64,000 bases of DNA from positions 4,384,001 through 4,448,000 of the forward strand of contig CBDETK010000013.1 of the NCBI GenBank assembly GCA_965242865.1. The letters are read 5' to 3'. The stretch is from Candidatus Latescibacterota bacterium (GTDB lineage Bacteria; Latescibacterota; UBA2968; UBA8231). Numbering within the stretch: position 1 is the stretch's first letter; each line of letters begins with the position of its first letter. Both the position numbers and the translations under genes were made by a program. The notes under the pieces were generated by a model. That model ran no database searches, was not told the DNA's origin, and worked only from the letters and a program-made list of their open reading frames with translations. This document shows positions 28,686 to 37,711 of the stretch, piece after piece.

Positions 28686-29657
28686 TTAATGGTGTTTTGG
28701 CAGGTGTTTTTGAATCTCTTGGAAAATCTCACGCATACCACGCGGCAGATCTTGGCATATCAACGGCTCGGATTTCTCCAGCAACCGACATATTCTGTAT
28801 CGGTCACATAGGATACAGTAGTTGGTACGTGACGGATCTTCCCGCCATTGTGCGTGGATGATACGTGGAAAATGAGGAATCAATAAAAAATTTGTATGAT
28901 CTGTATTTAACCGCATGACCCCCGATAAAGCATGGCGAGATTGGGCTTCATGTTTTTTGGTCCACCATTCTTTTGCCACTGTGCATTGAGCGAAAGCAAA
29001 GAATGGATACTCCAATTTGTCCTCAAAAGGACAAATGGCAATCAAATCAATACCAAATTCGAGTTGCGTGTTGGGCAGTTTCTCTATTTCCTCTTGATAC
29101 TCTTGGGCGTTTAATTTTCGAGCCAAGGCCGGAATGGCCTCGCGTGCGGACCACCCAAGATTTTTTCTATCCTCGCTGTTTTGACTAAACAGAAAAACCT
29201 CTGCCCAATCGGGAAACAACGCCCGCATCGCCTCTTTGCAGAGATTTTCAAACTCTATCCTCAGATTATGCCGCAAAGATGGAATCTGATTGTGACATGA
29301 ACAGGCCAGCAAGAACAGATACGACAAATAGTGTTTCTTGGACGTTTGAGGTGCAAACAGTACTTCGCCACCGTCTTGTCTGAAAGGGTAAGTGTCCCCC
29401 AACCATAATGCGCGTTTTTTGATAAGATCCATCGCCTCTTCAAACTTTGCATTAAGATCATCAACTTGCTCGCCTTGTAAAAAATTATCCTCTTCCTCTG
29501 AAAAAATCTCTCTTTGAACTGCGTCAAATTCTGCGCGTGTGAAACGACCACCATGGTCGTTGTCAGGGAATGCGACAGCCAACTCAATGCAGTCGGTAAA
29601 ATCAACGACATCTTTGACTATTTTTTGACTCAGTTCAAAATCAATCATTGTGATCAA
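28686..29657 (-). CDS. Hypothetical protein, putative PD-(D/E)xK-variant restriction nuclease
   Basis: FE...GIDLIA...FAQCT pattern; overlaps the upstream ParB-like gene; low GC. Confidence 0.55.
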   Translation of the reverse strand: MITMIDFELSQKIVKDVVDFTDCIELAVAFPDNDHGGRFTRAEFDAVQREIFSEEEDNFLQGEQVDDLNAKFEEAMDLIKKRALWLGDTYPFRQDGGEVLFAPQTSKKHYLSYLFLLACSCHNQIPSLRHNLRIEFENLCKEAMRALFPDWAEVFLFSQNSEDRKNLGWSAREAIPALARKLNAQEYQEEIEKLPNTQLEFGIDLIAICPFEDKLEYPFFAFAQCTVAKEWWTKKHEAQSRHALSGVMRLNTDHTNFLLIPHFPRIIHAQWREDPSRTNYCILCDRYRICRLLEKSEPLICQDLPRGMREIFQEIQKHLPKHH

Positions 29658-30720
29658 CCTTTAAGTCTAAACGGTCAAGTGTGACATCAAGCACTTTCAC
29701 TACTTCTTGGACTTTCTTTATAGCCTCTTGGTCATCGGGCGTCACAGAATGCAGGTTTGAGTTTGCTTGCTTGATATGTTCTATGGTTAATATTATATCT
29801 TGTAAAAACTCCTTCCTGTCATCTACCGTATCACTATAAGCACTATCCAATGACACGCCTTGCCGAAACTTTTCTAGTGTGTTTGGGTTTTCTATTACCT
29901 CACTCAATTTGGGGATGTTGCGAGACTCGCCAAGACGTGTGGAACCCTGACTATCTTTTTCAAACATCCATTTGGTAAGTTCTTGAAGAGGTTCTTTCTT
30001 TAAGGATTTTGGATTGGCAATGGGGTATGTTGCACTACCGTCCTCTCCCCTGACGCCGACAAATGACGCGATTACCACATTCCCAATCGCAGTGTAGAAC
30101 ACGCCGAACTGAAAACTTTCTTCGTCTAAGTCACGAATGTCAAAAAAGTCGCGTTCCTTAATGGCTTCGTACGCTGCCAAAGCATCCAGATTTCGTCGGA
30201 CAGAATTGCTTTTACTCCCAATTTCACGAGCAATTTCCTTACAGCGGTCTTCTGGTTTACCTTGTGCTTGATCGAATAACAATTTCAAGTATCGCGCCTT
30301 TGCCAAAGGATCCCAGCGTTGGCTTCCAGAAATATGGCGAAAGCCCAGATATTGCAGGGTATCATCCCTTGAGTTGACTATATATGCTGGGATTCTAGTT
30401 GGCTTACTTTCAGCTTCTTCTGAGACTTTTGTGATGCTGCGGCGAGCACCCACCAATTCCGGATCTTGCAACAGTTTCAATGCTGCCAGTCTGCGGTTTC
30501 CCTCTAAGACTGTGTATTTGTCGTCTTCAGCAGGAGTTACGACGATGGCTTCGCCCGGGAAAAACCCGTTCTCTCCAATCGAAATCATCAAGTCCTCAAT
30601 GCCGGTTTTTGCCGCCAAATACTTGATAATGTCGCTTTCTTTAGTACCTACCGTAGTCGGCAGCCGCGGGTTTTGCTCGTCAAACTCGATCTGGTCAATG
30701 TTGAGTGTCTTAAAGTTCAT
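29641..30720 (-). CDS. ParB/Srx N-terminal domain protein with HTH
   Basis: FDEQNPRL, SIGENGF, VLEGNRRLAALK (GxRR box); HTH IAREIGSKSNSVRR. Confidence 0.75.
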   Translation of the reverse strand: MNFKTLNIDQIEFDEQNPRLPTTVGTKESDIIKYLAAKTGIEDLMISIGENGFFPGEAIVVTPAEDDKYTVLEGNRRLAALKLLQDPELVGARRSITKVSEEAESKPTRIPAYIVNSRDDTLQYLGFRHISGSQRWDPLAKARYLKLLFDQAQGKPEDRCKEIAREIGSKSNSVRRNLDALAAYEAIKERDFFDIRDLDEESFQFGVFYTAIGNVVIASFVGVRGEDGSATYPIANPKSLKKEPLQELTKWMFEKDSQGSTRLGESRNIPKLSEVIENPNTLEKFRQGVSLDSAYSDTVDDRKEFLQDIILTIEHIKQANSNLHSVTPDDQEAIKKVQEVVKVLDVTLDRLDLKVDHND

Positions 30721-30806
30721 GAGAATACCTCTCTTGGTAGGGCTTCAAAAATTTGTCGGAAGATCATCGGCGGCACGGCATTGCCAATGACCTTGTATTT
30801 ACTCAT
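30717..30806 (-). pseudogene. C-terminal remnant of a C5-cytosine DNA methyltransferase
   Basis: Unlisted frame MSKYKVIGNAVPPMIFRQIFEALPREVFS* contains motif X (GNAVPP); its TGA overlaps the ParB-like ATG. Confidence 0.7.
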
Positions 30807-30875
30807 AGACCTCTTTGGCATAGGCCAGAATATCGTTTGCCATCAGAATCTCGCAGCCTGAATCAATCAGCCTTA

Positions 30876-30981
30876 GAGGCAGCGATTTCGTAAGCCGCGT
30901 CAAAAAGCATGGCGTCGTCCTTTCAGGCGGGGAATATAGGGTTGACGCGAAGGGGGAAGCAAGGCTAGTTAAAAGAGCTTT
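30876..30981. repeat. Right direct repeat of the RM island (diverged copy of the hot 5' end)
   Basis: Minus strand encodes MLFDAAYEIAASKAD* versus MLCDTAYEIATS of the intact gene. Confidence 0.9.
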
Positions 30982-30997
30982 GAGAGGAGAGATCGTC

Positions 30998-31423
30998 TTG
31001 ATTGAACGAGCAAATATGACGCCCGAGGATGTGGAGGAAGGGCGGCGGTTGGCCTTGGATTTTGGCAAGCTGCGGCGGGCGGTAGCCGGGGGCGAAGGCT
31101 TGGTGCCGGTGGCGGTGCAGGACGCCGACAGCGGCGAAGTGCTGCTTGTGGCATACGCCAATGAAGCGGCCCTCAACTATGCGCGGCGGGCGGGCGTGGC
31201 CGCGTTTTGGAGCACGTCGCGCAACGAGCTGTGGGTGAAGGGCGCGACCTCGGGCAATGGGCTCAAACTGGTCGAAATCCGCGTCAACTGCGAGCAAAAC
31301 TCGCTGCTGTATCGCGTCCGCCCCCAAGCGGGCGGGGCCTGCCACACCCGGGACGCGGCCGGTCGGGCGCGGTCCGGGTGTTACTACCGGCGGCTCGTGG
31401 GAGACGGGCTCGAACCCATTTGA
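30998..31423 (+). CDS. hisI: Phosphoribosyl-AMP cyclohydrolase
   Basis: GLVPVAVQD, FWSTSRNELWVKGATSGN, NCEQNSLL, GACHT, CYYR. Start uncertain (TTG 30998 with AGGAG, or ATG 31016). Confidence 0.9.
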   Translation: MIERANMTPEDVEEGRRLALDFGKLRRAVAGGEGLVPVAVQDADSGEVLLVAYANEAALNYARRAGVAAFWSTSRNELWVKGATSGNGLKLVEIRVNCEQNSLLYRVRPQAGGACHTRDAAGRARSGCYYRRLVGDGLEPI

Positions 31424-31451
31424 ATCGCAATTTCACCGGGAGGATTAGGCC

Positions 31452-31979
31452 ATGGCCAATGCCGTGATTGTCGTCGATATGCAGAACGGCTTTATGCGCT
31501 CAGATGGGACGCTCTACTGCGGAGACCATGCACGGGCGATCATCCCGCGCATCGCCGCACGGGTCGAGCGCGAAAAGGCCGCTGGGGCCGCGCTCTTTTT
31601 CACCCAAGACAGCCACACCGCCAACGACCGCGAGTTTGAGATGTTTCCGCCCCACTGCATTGAAGGCAGTGAGGAAGAGCGCATCATCGCCGAGCTGGCG
31701 CCGCTGGCCCGAGACGCGCAGATTGTCAAGAAGCGGCGCTACAGTGCCTTTTTTGAGACCGAGTTGGCCGCACAGTTGGCTGCGCTGGCCCCGGACAAGG
31801 TCGTGGTCATGGGCGATTGCACGGACATTTGCGTCCTGCACACCGTGGCCGGGCTGCGCAATCGCGACTATTCAGTTGAGGTCCCGGCCGATTGCGTCGC
31901 CAGCTTTGATCCCCAACAACACGAATGGGCCTTGGGGCACCTAGAAAAAATCCTCGGAGCCCAAGTGACGAACCGCTGA
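31452..31979 (+). CDS. pncA: Nicotinamidase / isochorismatase-family cysteine hydrolase
   Basis: VVDMQNGF, DSH, FPPHC, KRRYSAF, GDCTDICV; directly upstream of pncB. Confidence 0.8.
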   Translation: MANAVIVVDMQNGFMRSDGTLYCGDHARAIIPRIAARVEREKAAGAALFFTQDSHTANDREFEMFPPHCIEGSEEERIIAELAPLARDAQIVKKRRYSAFFETELAAQLAALAPDKVVVMGDCTDICVLHTVAGLRNRDYSVEVPADCVASFDPQQHEWALGHLEKILGAQVTNR

Positions 31980-32980
31980 TGGCAGAACGCGATCGCTACG
32001 CGCCCTCGGCCGCTACGCTGGCGGGCGACAACGCAGACATTTACTTCCGCCGCAGTTGCGACATCCTCGCGGCCGAGCAGCTCAATCCGGTCGTGGCGAT
32101 GGAGGTGTTTGCCCGGCAGCGCGCCCGGGTCTGCGGCTTGCGCGAGGCCCAGGCCCTCTTGCGGCAGGTGCTCGGGCCAGCGGCCGAGGTGTGGAGCTTG
32201 GACGAAGGGGATTGGATCGAGCCGTGCGAGATCGTATTGCGGATTTGTGCGCCCTATCGGCAGTTTGGGCTGTACGAGACCGCGCTGTTGGGGATGCTCA
32301 GCAGCGAGACGGGGTGGGCCACGGCCGCGGCCGAATGCGTGGCTGCAGCCGATGGGGTGCCGATCATCAGCTTTGGTGCGCGGCACGTCCACCCGGAGGT
32401 CAGCGCTCGGATGGAATACGCGGCCATCGTCGGGGGGTGCGCCGGCTGCGCCACGCCGCGCGGGGCCGCCCTCGCGGGTATTGAGGCCACCGGGACCATG
32501 CCCCACGCCTTGATCCTGTGCCTCGGCGACACGCTCAAGGCCGTCGAAGCCTTTGACCGCCACATCGACGCCCAAGTCGAGCGCATCGCGCTGGTTGACA
32601 CCTTTAAGGACGAAGCCGAAGAGAGCCTGCGGCTGGCCGCGGCCTTGGGCGAGCGGCTGTGGGGGGTGCGGCTCGACACCCCCAGCGAGCGCGGCCGCGT
32701 CACGGCCGAATTGGTCGCCGAGGTGCGCGCTCGGCTCGACCAAGCCGGGCATGGCCACGTCCAGATCGCGGTCTCCGGCGGCTTAGACGCCGAGCGCATC
32801 GGCTATTTCCGGGCGGCCGGGGCGCCGGTGGACGCCTTTGGCGTTGGCAGCGCGATCAGCGCGGCTGCGCCGATCGATTTTACCGCGGACATCAAGCAAG
32901 TAGAAGGCCGACCTCTGGCCAAGCGAGGCCGGATCCCGGGGCTTACTGCAAACCCCCGGCTCAAGCGATTGGAACGCTAA
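31979..32980 (+). CDS. pncB: Nicotinate phosphoribosyltransferase (short archaeal/Thermotoga-like type)
   Basis: DIYF, SFGARH, GTMPHAL, LVDTF, GVRLDTP, VSGG, FGVGS, DFTADIK; TGATG coupling with pncA. Confidence 0.9.
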   Translation: MAERDRYAPSAATLAGDNADIYFRRSCDILAAEQLNPVVAMEVFARQRARVCGLREAQALLRQVLGPAAEVWSLDEGDWIEPCEIVLRICAPYRQFGLYETALLGMLSSETGWATAAAECVAAADGVPIISFGARHVHPEVSARMEYAAIVGGCAGCATPRGAALAGIEATGTMPHALILCLGDTLKAVEAFDRHIDAQVERIALVDTFKDEAEESLRLAAALGERLWGVRLDTPSERGRVTAELVAEVRARLDQAGHGHVQIAVSGGLDAERIGYFRAAGAPVDAFGVGSAISAAAPIDFTADIKQVEGRPLAKRGRIPGLTANPRLKRLER

Positions 32981-32993
32981 AAGGAGATTTTCT

Positions 32994-34118
32994 ATGAGAT
33001 ACGATTTTGGCAGTGGACGCACAGATCCCGGGTCGTTTCCCACGGAGGCGCTGGCCGAGGCGGCGCGCGAGGCCGTGCGCGAACTCGGCGCGCAGCTAGT
33101 GCGCTATCCCGGCGACATGGGCCACCAAGGCTTGCGCGCGCTCATGGCCGCACGCGAATCGCAGCGCGAGGGCGTGGAGGTGTCCGCCGACCACATCGCG
33201 CTGATGAACGGCTCCATGCAGGCCGTTACGCTGGTGGCCGAAGCACTGATGAAAGGGCCGGGCGACGCGATCGTCACCGAAGAATTGACCTATGCTGGGA
33301 CGATTGGCGCGTACCAGCGGTTGGGGGCCGAGCTGGTCGGGGTGCCGCTCGACGAGCAGGGTATGCGCGTCGATGCACTGGCCGACGCGTTGGCCAGCTT
33401 GCACCGGAAGGGCACTAAGCCGCGCTTTATCTATACGTTGGCGACCTACCAGAACCCCACCGGCTCGGTCATGCCGCGGTCGCGCCGCCTCGAGCTGCTC
33501 GAAGTGGCACGCTACTACGAGGCCATTGTGGTGGAAGACAACTGCTACGGCGACGTGCATTTTGAGGGGCCGCAAGAGCCGGCCCTCTACGCGCTCGACG
33601 ACAGCCCCAACATCCTGTACATCGGCTCGCTGTCCAAAATTTTGGGCCCCGGGGTGCGGTTGGGCTATTTGTTGGCCCGGCCGCCCATGCTGGAGCGGAT
33701 CCTCGACCGCCGCTACGACGGGGGCAACAGCATGCTGGCGGCCGCTAGCTGCGCGGCCCTGTTCCGCGACCGGCTCTGGCAGCACTTGGCCACGACCAAC
33801 GCCATCCTCCGAGAAAAGCGCGACGCCGTCTTGGCCGGCCTCGCCGAGAACGCGGGCGATCTATGCACGTGGTCGCGGCCCGTAGGCGGCATGTTCACTT
33901 GGATCGAGTTCCCCGAAAGCGTGGATCGCGATCGCCTCATGGCCTTGTGCGCCGAGCGCGGCATTGTGGTGGCGCGGGGGCAGGGCTTTCACATCCGGCG
34001 CGAGGACGTGCCGGCCATCCGCCTCGCCTTTGGCTTTCCCTCGCTGGAGGCGATCCGCCAAGGCGTGCCGCTGTTGGCCGAGTGCATCCACGAGGCGCGG
34101 GTCCCCGTAATGGTCTGA
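32994..34118 (+). CDS. PLP-dependent class I aminotransferase (LysN/MocR-AT-like, no HTH)
   Basis: YQNPTG, VEDNCYG, GSLSKILGPGVRLG, GGMFTW. Confidence 0.85.
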   Translation: MRYDFGSGRTDPGSFPTEALAEAAREAVRELGAQLVRYPGDMGHQGLRALMAARESQREGVEVSADHIALMNGSMQAVTLVAEALMKGPGDAIVTEELTYAGTIGAYQRLGAELVGVPLDEQGMRVDALADALASLHRKGTKPRFIYTLATYQNPTGSVMPRSRRLELLEVARYYEAIVVEDNCYGDVHFEGPQEPALYALDDSPNILYIGSLSKILGPGVRLGYLLARPPMLERILDRRYDGGNSMLAAASCAALFRDRLWQHLATTNAILREKRDAVLAGLAENAGDLCTWSRPVGGMFTWIEFPESVDRDRLMALCAERGIVVARGQGFHIRREDVPAIRLAFGFPSLEAIRQGVPLLAECIHEARVPVMV

Positions 34119-36013
34119 TGGGCCTGCCCGAAATCGCCTTGGTGCAGCTCGCGGTCAAGCCCGGGCGACCCGATCTGAACGCGGAGCGGATGCTGGCCTT
34201 TATTGAGCAGGCGCGGGCGGCCGGTGCTGAGATCGTGGTCTTTTCCGAGCTGTGCATCTCCGGCTATATCCTCGGCGACTTGTGGGAGATCGACGCGTAC
34301 GTCGAGGACTTTGCCGCGTACAGCGACGAGATTTGCCGAGCCAGCACCGGGTTGACCGTGGTCTTTGGCAACGTGGCGATAGACCCCGTCCACAAGGGCC
34401 AAGATGGGCGGCCGCGCAAGTACAACGCCGTCTATGTGTGCTCCAACGGCGCGTACGTGGTGCGCGACGCCGTGCCCGCCGGGCTGCCCTGCGGCGTCCA
34501 CCCCAAAACCCTGCACCCCAACTACCGCTTCTTCGACGACGACCGGCACTTCTTCTCCCTGCGCCACCTAGCCGAAGCAGAGGGCCGGCAGCTGGAGGAC
34601 TGGCTGCAGCCGTACCGGGTGCGGCTCAGGGACGGGCGGCCCTTTGGCTTTGGCGTGCAACTGTGCGAGGACATCTGGTGCGAGGACTACTGCCGCCGTG
34701 GCCAGCCCCTCGACACGCTCGCGCTGTATCGCCGCCGCCGCGCTGAGGCCGTATTTAACCTGTCGGCCTCGCCCTTTACTTGGCAGAAAAGCGACAAGCG
34801 CCACCGCGTGGTGCGCCAGATACTAGCGCGCTCGCCCCTGCCGTTTTTCTACGTCAACCAAGTCGGGGCGCAAAACAACGGCAAGAACATCCTCGTGTTT
34901 GATGGCGACAGCGCCGCGTACGCGGGCACCGGCCGCATTGCCTGCCGCGCTCGGCCGTGGCGGGAACAGCTCGTGCTGACCAGCCGCGCCGAGGTCGCCC
35001 CGCCCCAAAGCGAGGTCGAAGCCCAGTACGCGGGCATTTTAGCCGGGCTGCGGCACTTGGATGACGTGCGCGGCGCAAAGAGCACGTTCCTCATGGCGAC
35101 GAGCGGCGGCGTGGACTCCAGCGTGGTTTGCTGTCTGCTGGAGCGCGCCTTTGGCCCCGAGCGCGTGTTCGCGCTCAACATGCCCACGCGCTTTAACGCC
35201 GCTGTTACTCAAGACAACGCCCGCTCGCTGTGCGCGGCGCTGGGCGTCGATTACCTTTGCTGCCCGATTGAGTCGCTGTATCAGGCGGTCGCGGCCCTCG
35301 TGCGCGGCGCGGAATTTTCCGTAGGCCGAGGCGAGTACACTCGGTTGGTGGATGAGAACGTGCAGGCGCGCATCCGCTTTGCCGATGTGCTGGCTGGCGT
35401 AGCGGCCAAATACGGACTCGTGTTCACGTCCAACGGCAACAAGACCGAGGTCGCTTTGGGCTACGCCACGCTCTACGGCGATGTCAGCGGCGCGGTCGCA
35501 CCAATTGCCGACCTGTACAAGGGGCAGGTCTTTGCGCTGGCGCGCTTTCTCAACGAGGAAGTCTATGGTCGCGCCGTAGTGCCGGAGAACCTGCTTGACG
35601 GCTCGGTCGTGCCCAGTGCCGAGCTGTCGGAGGCGCAAGACGTGACGCAGGGCTTGGGCGATCCGATCAAGTACGGCTACCACGACGCCGTGTTGCAGCA
35701 GTTCATCGAATACCGGCGGCACAGCAGCGACCTGTTGCAGTGGTTTATCGACGGGGTGCTGCTAGAGCGGTTGGGGTGGGACGACGCCGCGCGCTTTCGG
35801 GCGTACTTTCCCGATGCGCACCGGTGGATCGACGACCTCGAATGGGTGGAGCGGCAGGTGCGGGCCAACTACTTCAAGCGGATTCAAGCGCCGCCCATCA
35901 TCGTCTTGAGCAAGCGCGCCTTTGGCTTTGATTTGCGCGAGACCCAACGGCCGTTCTACGCGCCGCGCCGCTACGAGCAGCTAAAGGCCGAGGCCCTGAA
36001 GGTGCGAATTTGA
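34118..36013 (+). CDS. nadE: Glutamine-dependent NAD+ synthetase
   Basis: Nitrilase domain (FSEL, K, LCEDIW) plus SGGVDS, ENVQAR, GNKTE, GYATLYGD, PSAEL, FKRIQAPP. Confidence 0.93.
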   Translation: MGLPEIALVQLAVKPGRPDLNAERMLAFIEQARAAGAEIVVFSELCISGYILGDLWEIDAYVEDFAAYSDEICRASTGLTVVFGNVAIDPVHKGQDGRPRKYNAVYVCSNGAYVVRDAVPAGLPCGVHPKTLHPNYRFFDDDRHFFSLRHLAEAEGRQLEDWLQPYRVRLRDGRPFGFGVQLCEDIWCEDYCRRGQPLDTLALYRRRRAEAVFNLSASPFTWQKSDKRHRVVRQILARSPLPFFYVNQVGAQNNGKNILVFDGDSAAYAGTGRIACRARPWREQLVLTSRAEVAPPQSEVEAQYAGILAGLRHLDDVRGAKSTFLMATSGGVDSSVVCCLLERAFGPERVFALNMPTRFNAAVTQDNARSLCAALGVDYLCCPIESLYQAVAALVRGAEFSVGRGEYTRLVDENVQARIRFADVLAGVAAKYGLVFTSNGNKTEVALGYATLYGDVSGAVAPIADLYKGQVFALARFLNEEVYGRAVVPENLLDGSVVPSAELSEAQDVTQGLGDPIKYGYHDAVLQQFIEYRRHSSDLLQWFIDGVLLERLGWDDAARFRAYFPDAHRWIDDLEWVERQVRANYFKRIQAPPIIVLSKRAFGFDLRETQRPFYAPRRYEQLKAEALKVRI

Positions 36014-36041
36014 AACAAACCACAAACCAAAGGAGCTCGTT

Positions 36042-37649
36042 ATGACCGACCCTATTCTGCTGACCGACGAGCAGGTGCGCGAGTTTATCGTCAATGGCTA
36101 TCTGGTTTTTGAGCCGACTGTGCCTGCCGGGACGCACCAAGCGTGTTATGAGCAACTCAACCAGATCATCGACTCAGAGCTAAATCCGGGCAACAATGTC
36201 CTGCCGCGCGTACCGGCCATGCGCCACGTGCTCAACTCGCCCGAAGTGCGCGGGGCGCTCATCAGCGTCTTAGGCCCCAACTACTTGGAGCATCCGCACC
36301 GCTATTGCCACTCCCTCAAGCCCGTGGCGGAAGCCGTGCCCGCGGCCGAGGCCGAGGAAAGGCTGCGCCACAACTGCCATCAGGACGGGTACACGCCGAT
36401 GGGCCATCCGCGCCAGCACTATCTGCGCTATGCGCGCATCATGTATTACCCGCAGGATTCGCCGGTCGAATTGGGACCGACGCACGTGATCCCGGGCACG
36501 CAGTTCAATCGCGGGCTGACCGACGAGGACCGGGCGCGTGCCTTGCCGCTAGCCGGCCGGGCCGGCACGGTGTCCCTGACGCACTTCGACGTGGGCCACG
36601 CGGCCGGCGTCAGCCTGCTGCCGCTGTACCGGCACATGATCAAGTTCATTTACATGCGGGCCTCCGAGCCGACGGCCCCGACTTGGGACTGCCGCAGTAC
36701 GCACTGGCAAAAGCCCCAGCGGATTGAGCCTCCCTACGATCTGGAACTGGCTTGGGCGCACACTTGGGATTGGCTCTGCGGCAAGCGGGATCGCTACGCG
36801 AGCTGGCCCCAGGCCGCTGGAGACGTGGCGGCTCTCAGCGCCCAGCTCGACCCGGCCGTGGACTTGGCGCAGCGGCTGGCCGCGGCCCAGCAGTTGGCTG
36901 GCTGCGGTAGCTATGCGGTCGCGGCCGTGCCTACGCTCGTTGAGTGCTTGGGCACGGATCACCAAGCCCTGCGCACGGCCGCGACCTACGCGCTGGGCGC
37001 GATCGGCGAGCCGGCGGTTGAGCCGTTGGCCCAAGCCCTGCGCGCAGCCGGTCGCGAGGCCGCCCAACACGAGGCCCCGCCCGCTTGGAACGAGGGCGCG
37101 ACGAACATGGAGGACGCGGCGCAGGCGCTGGCGGCCGTTGGTGCGCCGGCAGTCGAGGCCCTCTGTGCGCTGCTGGTGGACGAAAGCGAGTGGACGCAAG
37201 TCAACGCGGCCTTTGCCCTCGGCGAGATGGATTCGCATGCAGCGGCCGCGGTCCCGGCGTTGACGCAGAGCCTTCACAACGGCTCGCATCGCTTGGTGCG
37301 CACGGCCCTCGTCGCGCTGGGCAATATCGCGCAGGGCGTGCCCGTAGAAGCCTTGGGGAAAATGCTCTCGGCTGACCATCCAGACTGGCGGGAGGAAGCC
37401 GGCCGCCGCTGGGTGCCCCGCGATCAGGTGCGGACCAACGCCGCCATAGCCTGCGCCCAGCTCGGCCCAGCAGCCGCTCCGTTAGAACCTCAGCTCTTCA
37501 GGGCACTCGACGACTCCTGCGGCCACGTAGGCGCATTCGCGCTCAGTGCCTTACAACAGATTGGCTCGCCCACAGCCACGCAAGCCGCGCTGGATTACCT
37601 CTACTCGCAGCGCTGGGACGCGGCCATTGATGGCGAGCGACAGTTTTGA
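36042..37649 (+). CDS. Phytanoyl-CoA dioxygenase-like (PhyH) domain fused to HEAT repeats
   Basis: LTDEQVREFIVNGY, HQD, YYPQD...GPTHVIPGT, distal His; HEAT units (AATYALGAIG, AAFALGEM). Confidence 0.8.
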   Translation: MTDPILLTDEQVREFIVNGYLVFEPTVPAGTHQACYEQLNQIIDSELNPGNNVLPRVPAMRHVLNSPEVRGALISVLGPNYLEHPHRYCHSLKPVAEAVPAAEAEERLRHNCHQDGYTPMGHPRQHYLRYARIMYYPQDSPVELGPTHVIPGTQFNRGLTDEDRARALPLAGRAGTVSLTHFDVGHAAGVSLLPLYRHMIKFIYMRASEPTAPTWDCRSTHWQKPQRIEPPYDLELAWAHTWDWLCGKRDRYASWPQAAGDVAALSAQLDPAVDLAQRLAAAQQLAGCGSYAVAAVPTLVECLGTDHQALRTAATYALGAIGEPAVEPLAQALRAAGREAAQHEAPPAWNEGATNMEDAAQALAAVGAPAVEALCALLVDESEWTQVNAAFALGEMDSHAAAAVPALTQSLHNGSHRLVRTALVALGNIAQGVPVEALGKMLSADHPDWREEAGRRWVPRDQVRTNAAIACAQLGPAAAPLEPQLFRALDDSCGHVGAFALSALQQIGSPTATQAALDYLYSQRWDAAIDGERQF

Positions 37650-37654
37650 GGGGA

Positions 37655-37711
37655 TAGAGAACGGTCTATAAAGAAAACAAGTGGATCAGGCTGCGCGGGT
37701 GTATAACTCAC
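37655..37711 (-). pseudogene. N-terminal remnant of a VapC45-like PIN toxin
   Basis: Unlisted frame (V)SYTPAQPDPLVFFIDRSL overlaps the DUF433 stop and breaks off at the convergent gene end. Confidence 0.55.

Larger units (their letters stand above)
26799..30875. mobile_element. Low-GC degraded restriction/defence island between direct repeats; no integrase seen
   Basis: Abrupt AT enrichment, RM-type gene content and flanking ~106-bp direct repeats. Confidence 0.7.

Noticed and set aside
36042-37649. PhyH-HEAT fusion as a novelty
   Set aside because: PhyH expansions and such fusions are already familiar from marine and sponge-associated candidate phyla; nothing distinctive is visible here.
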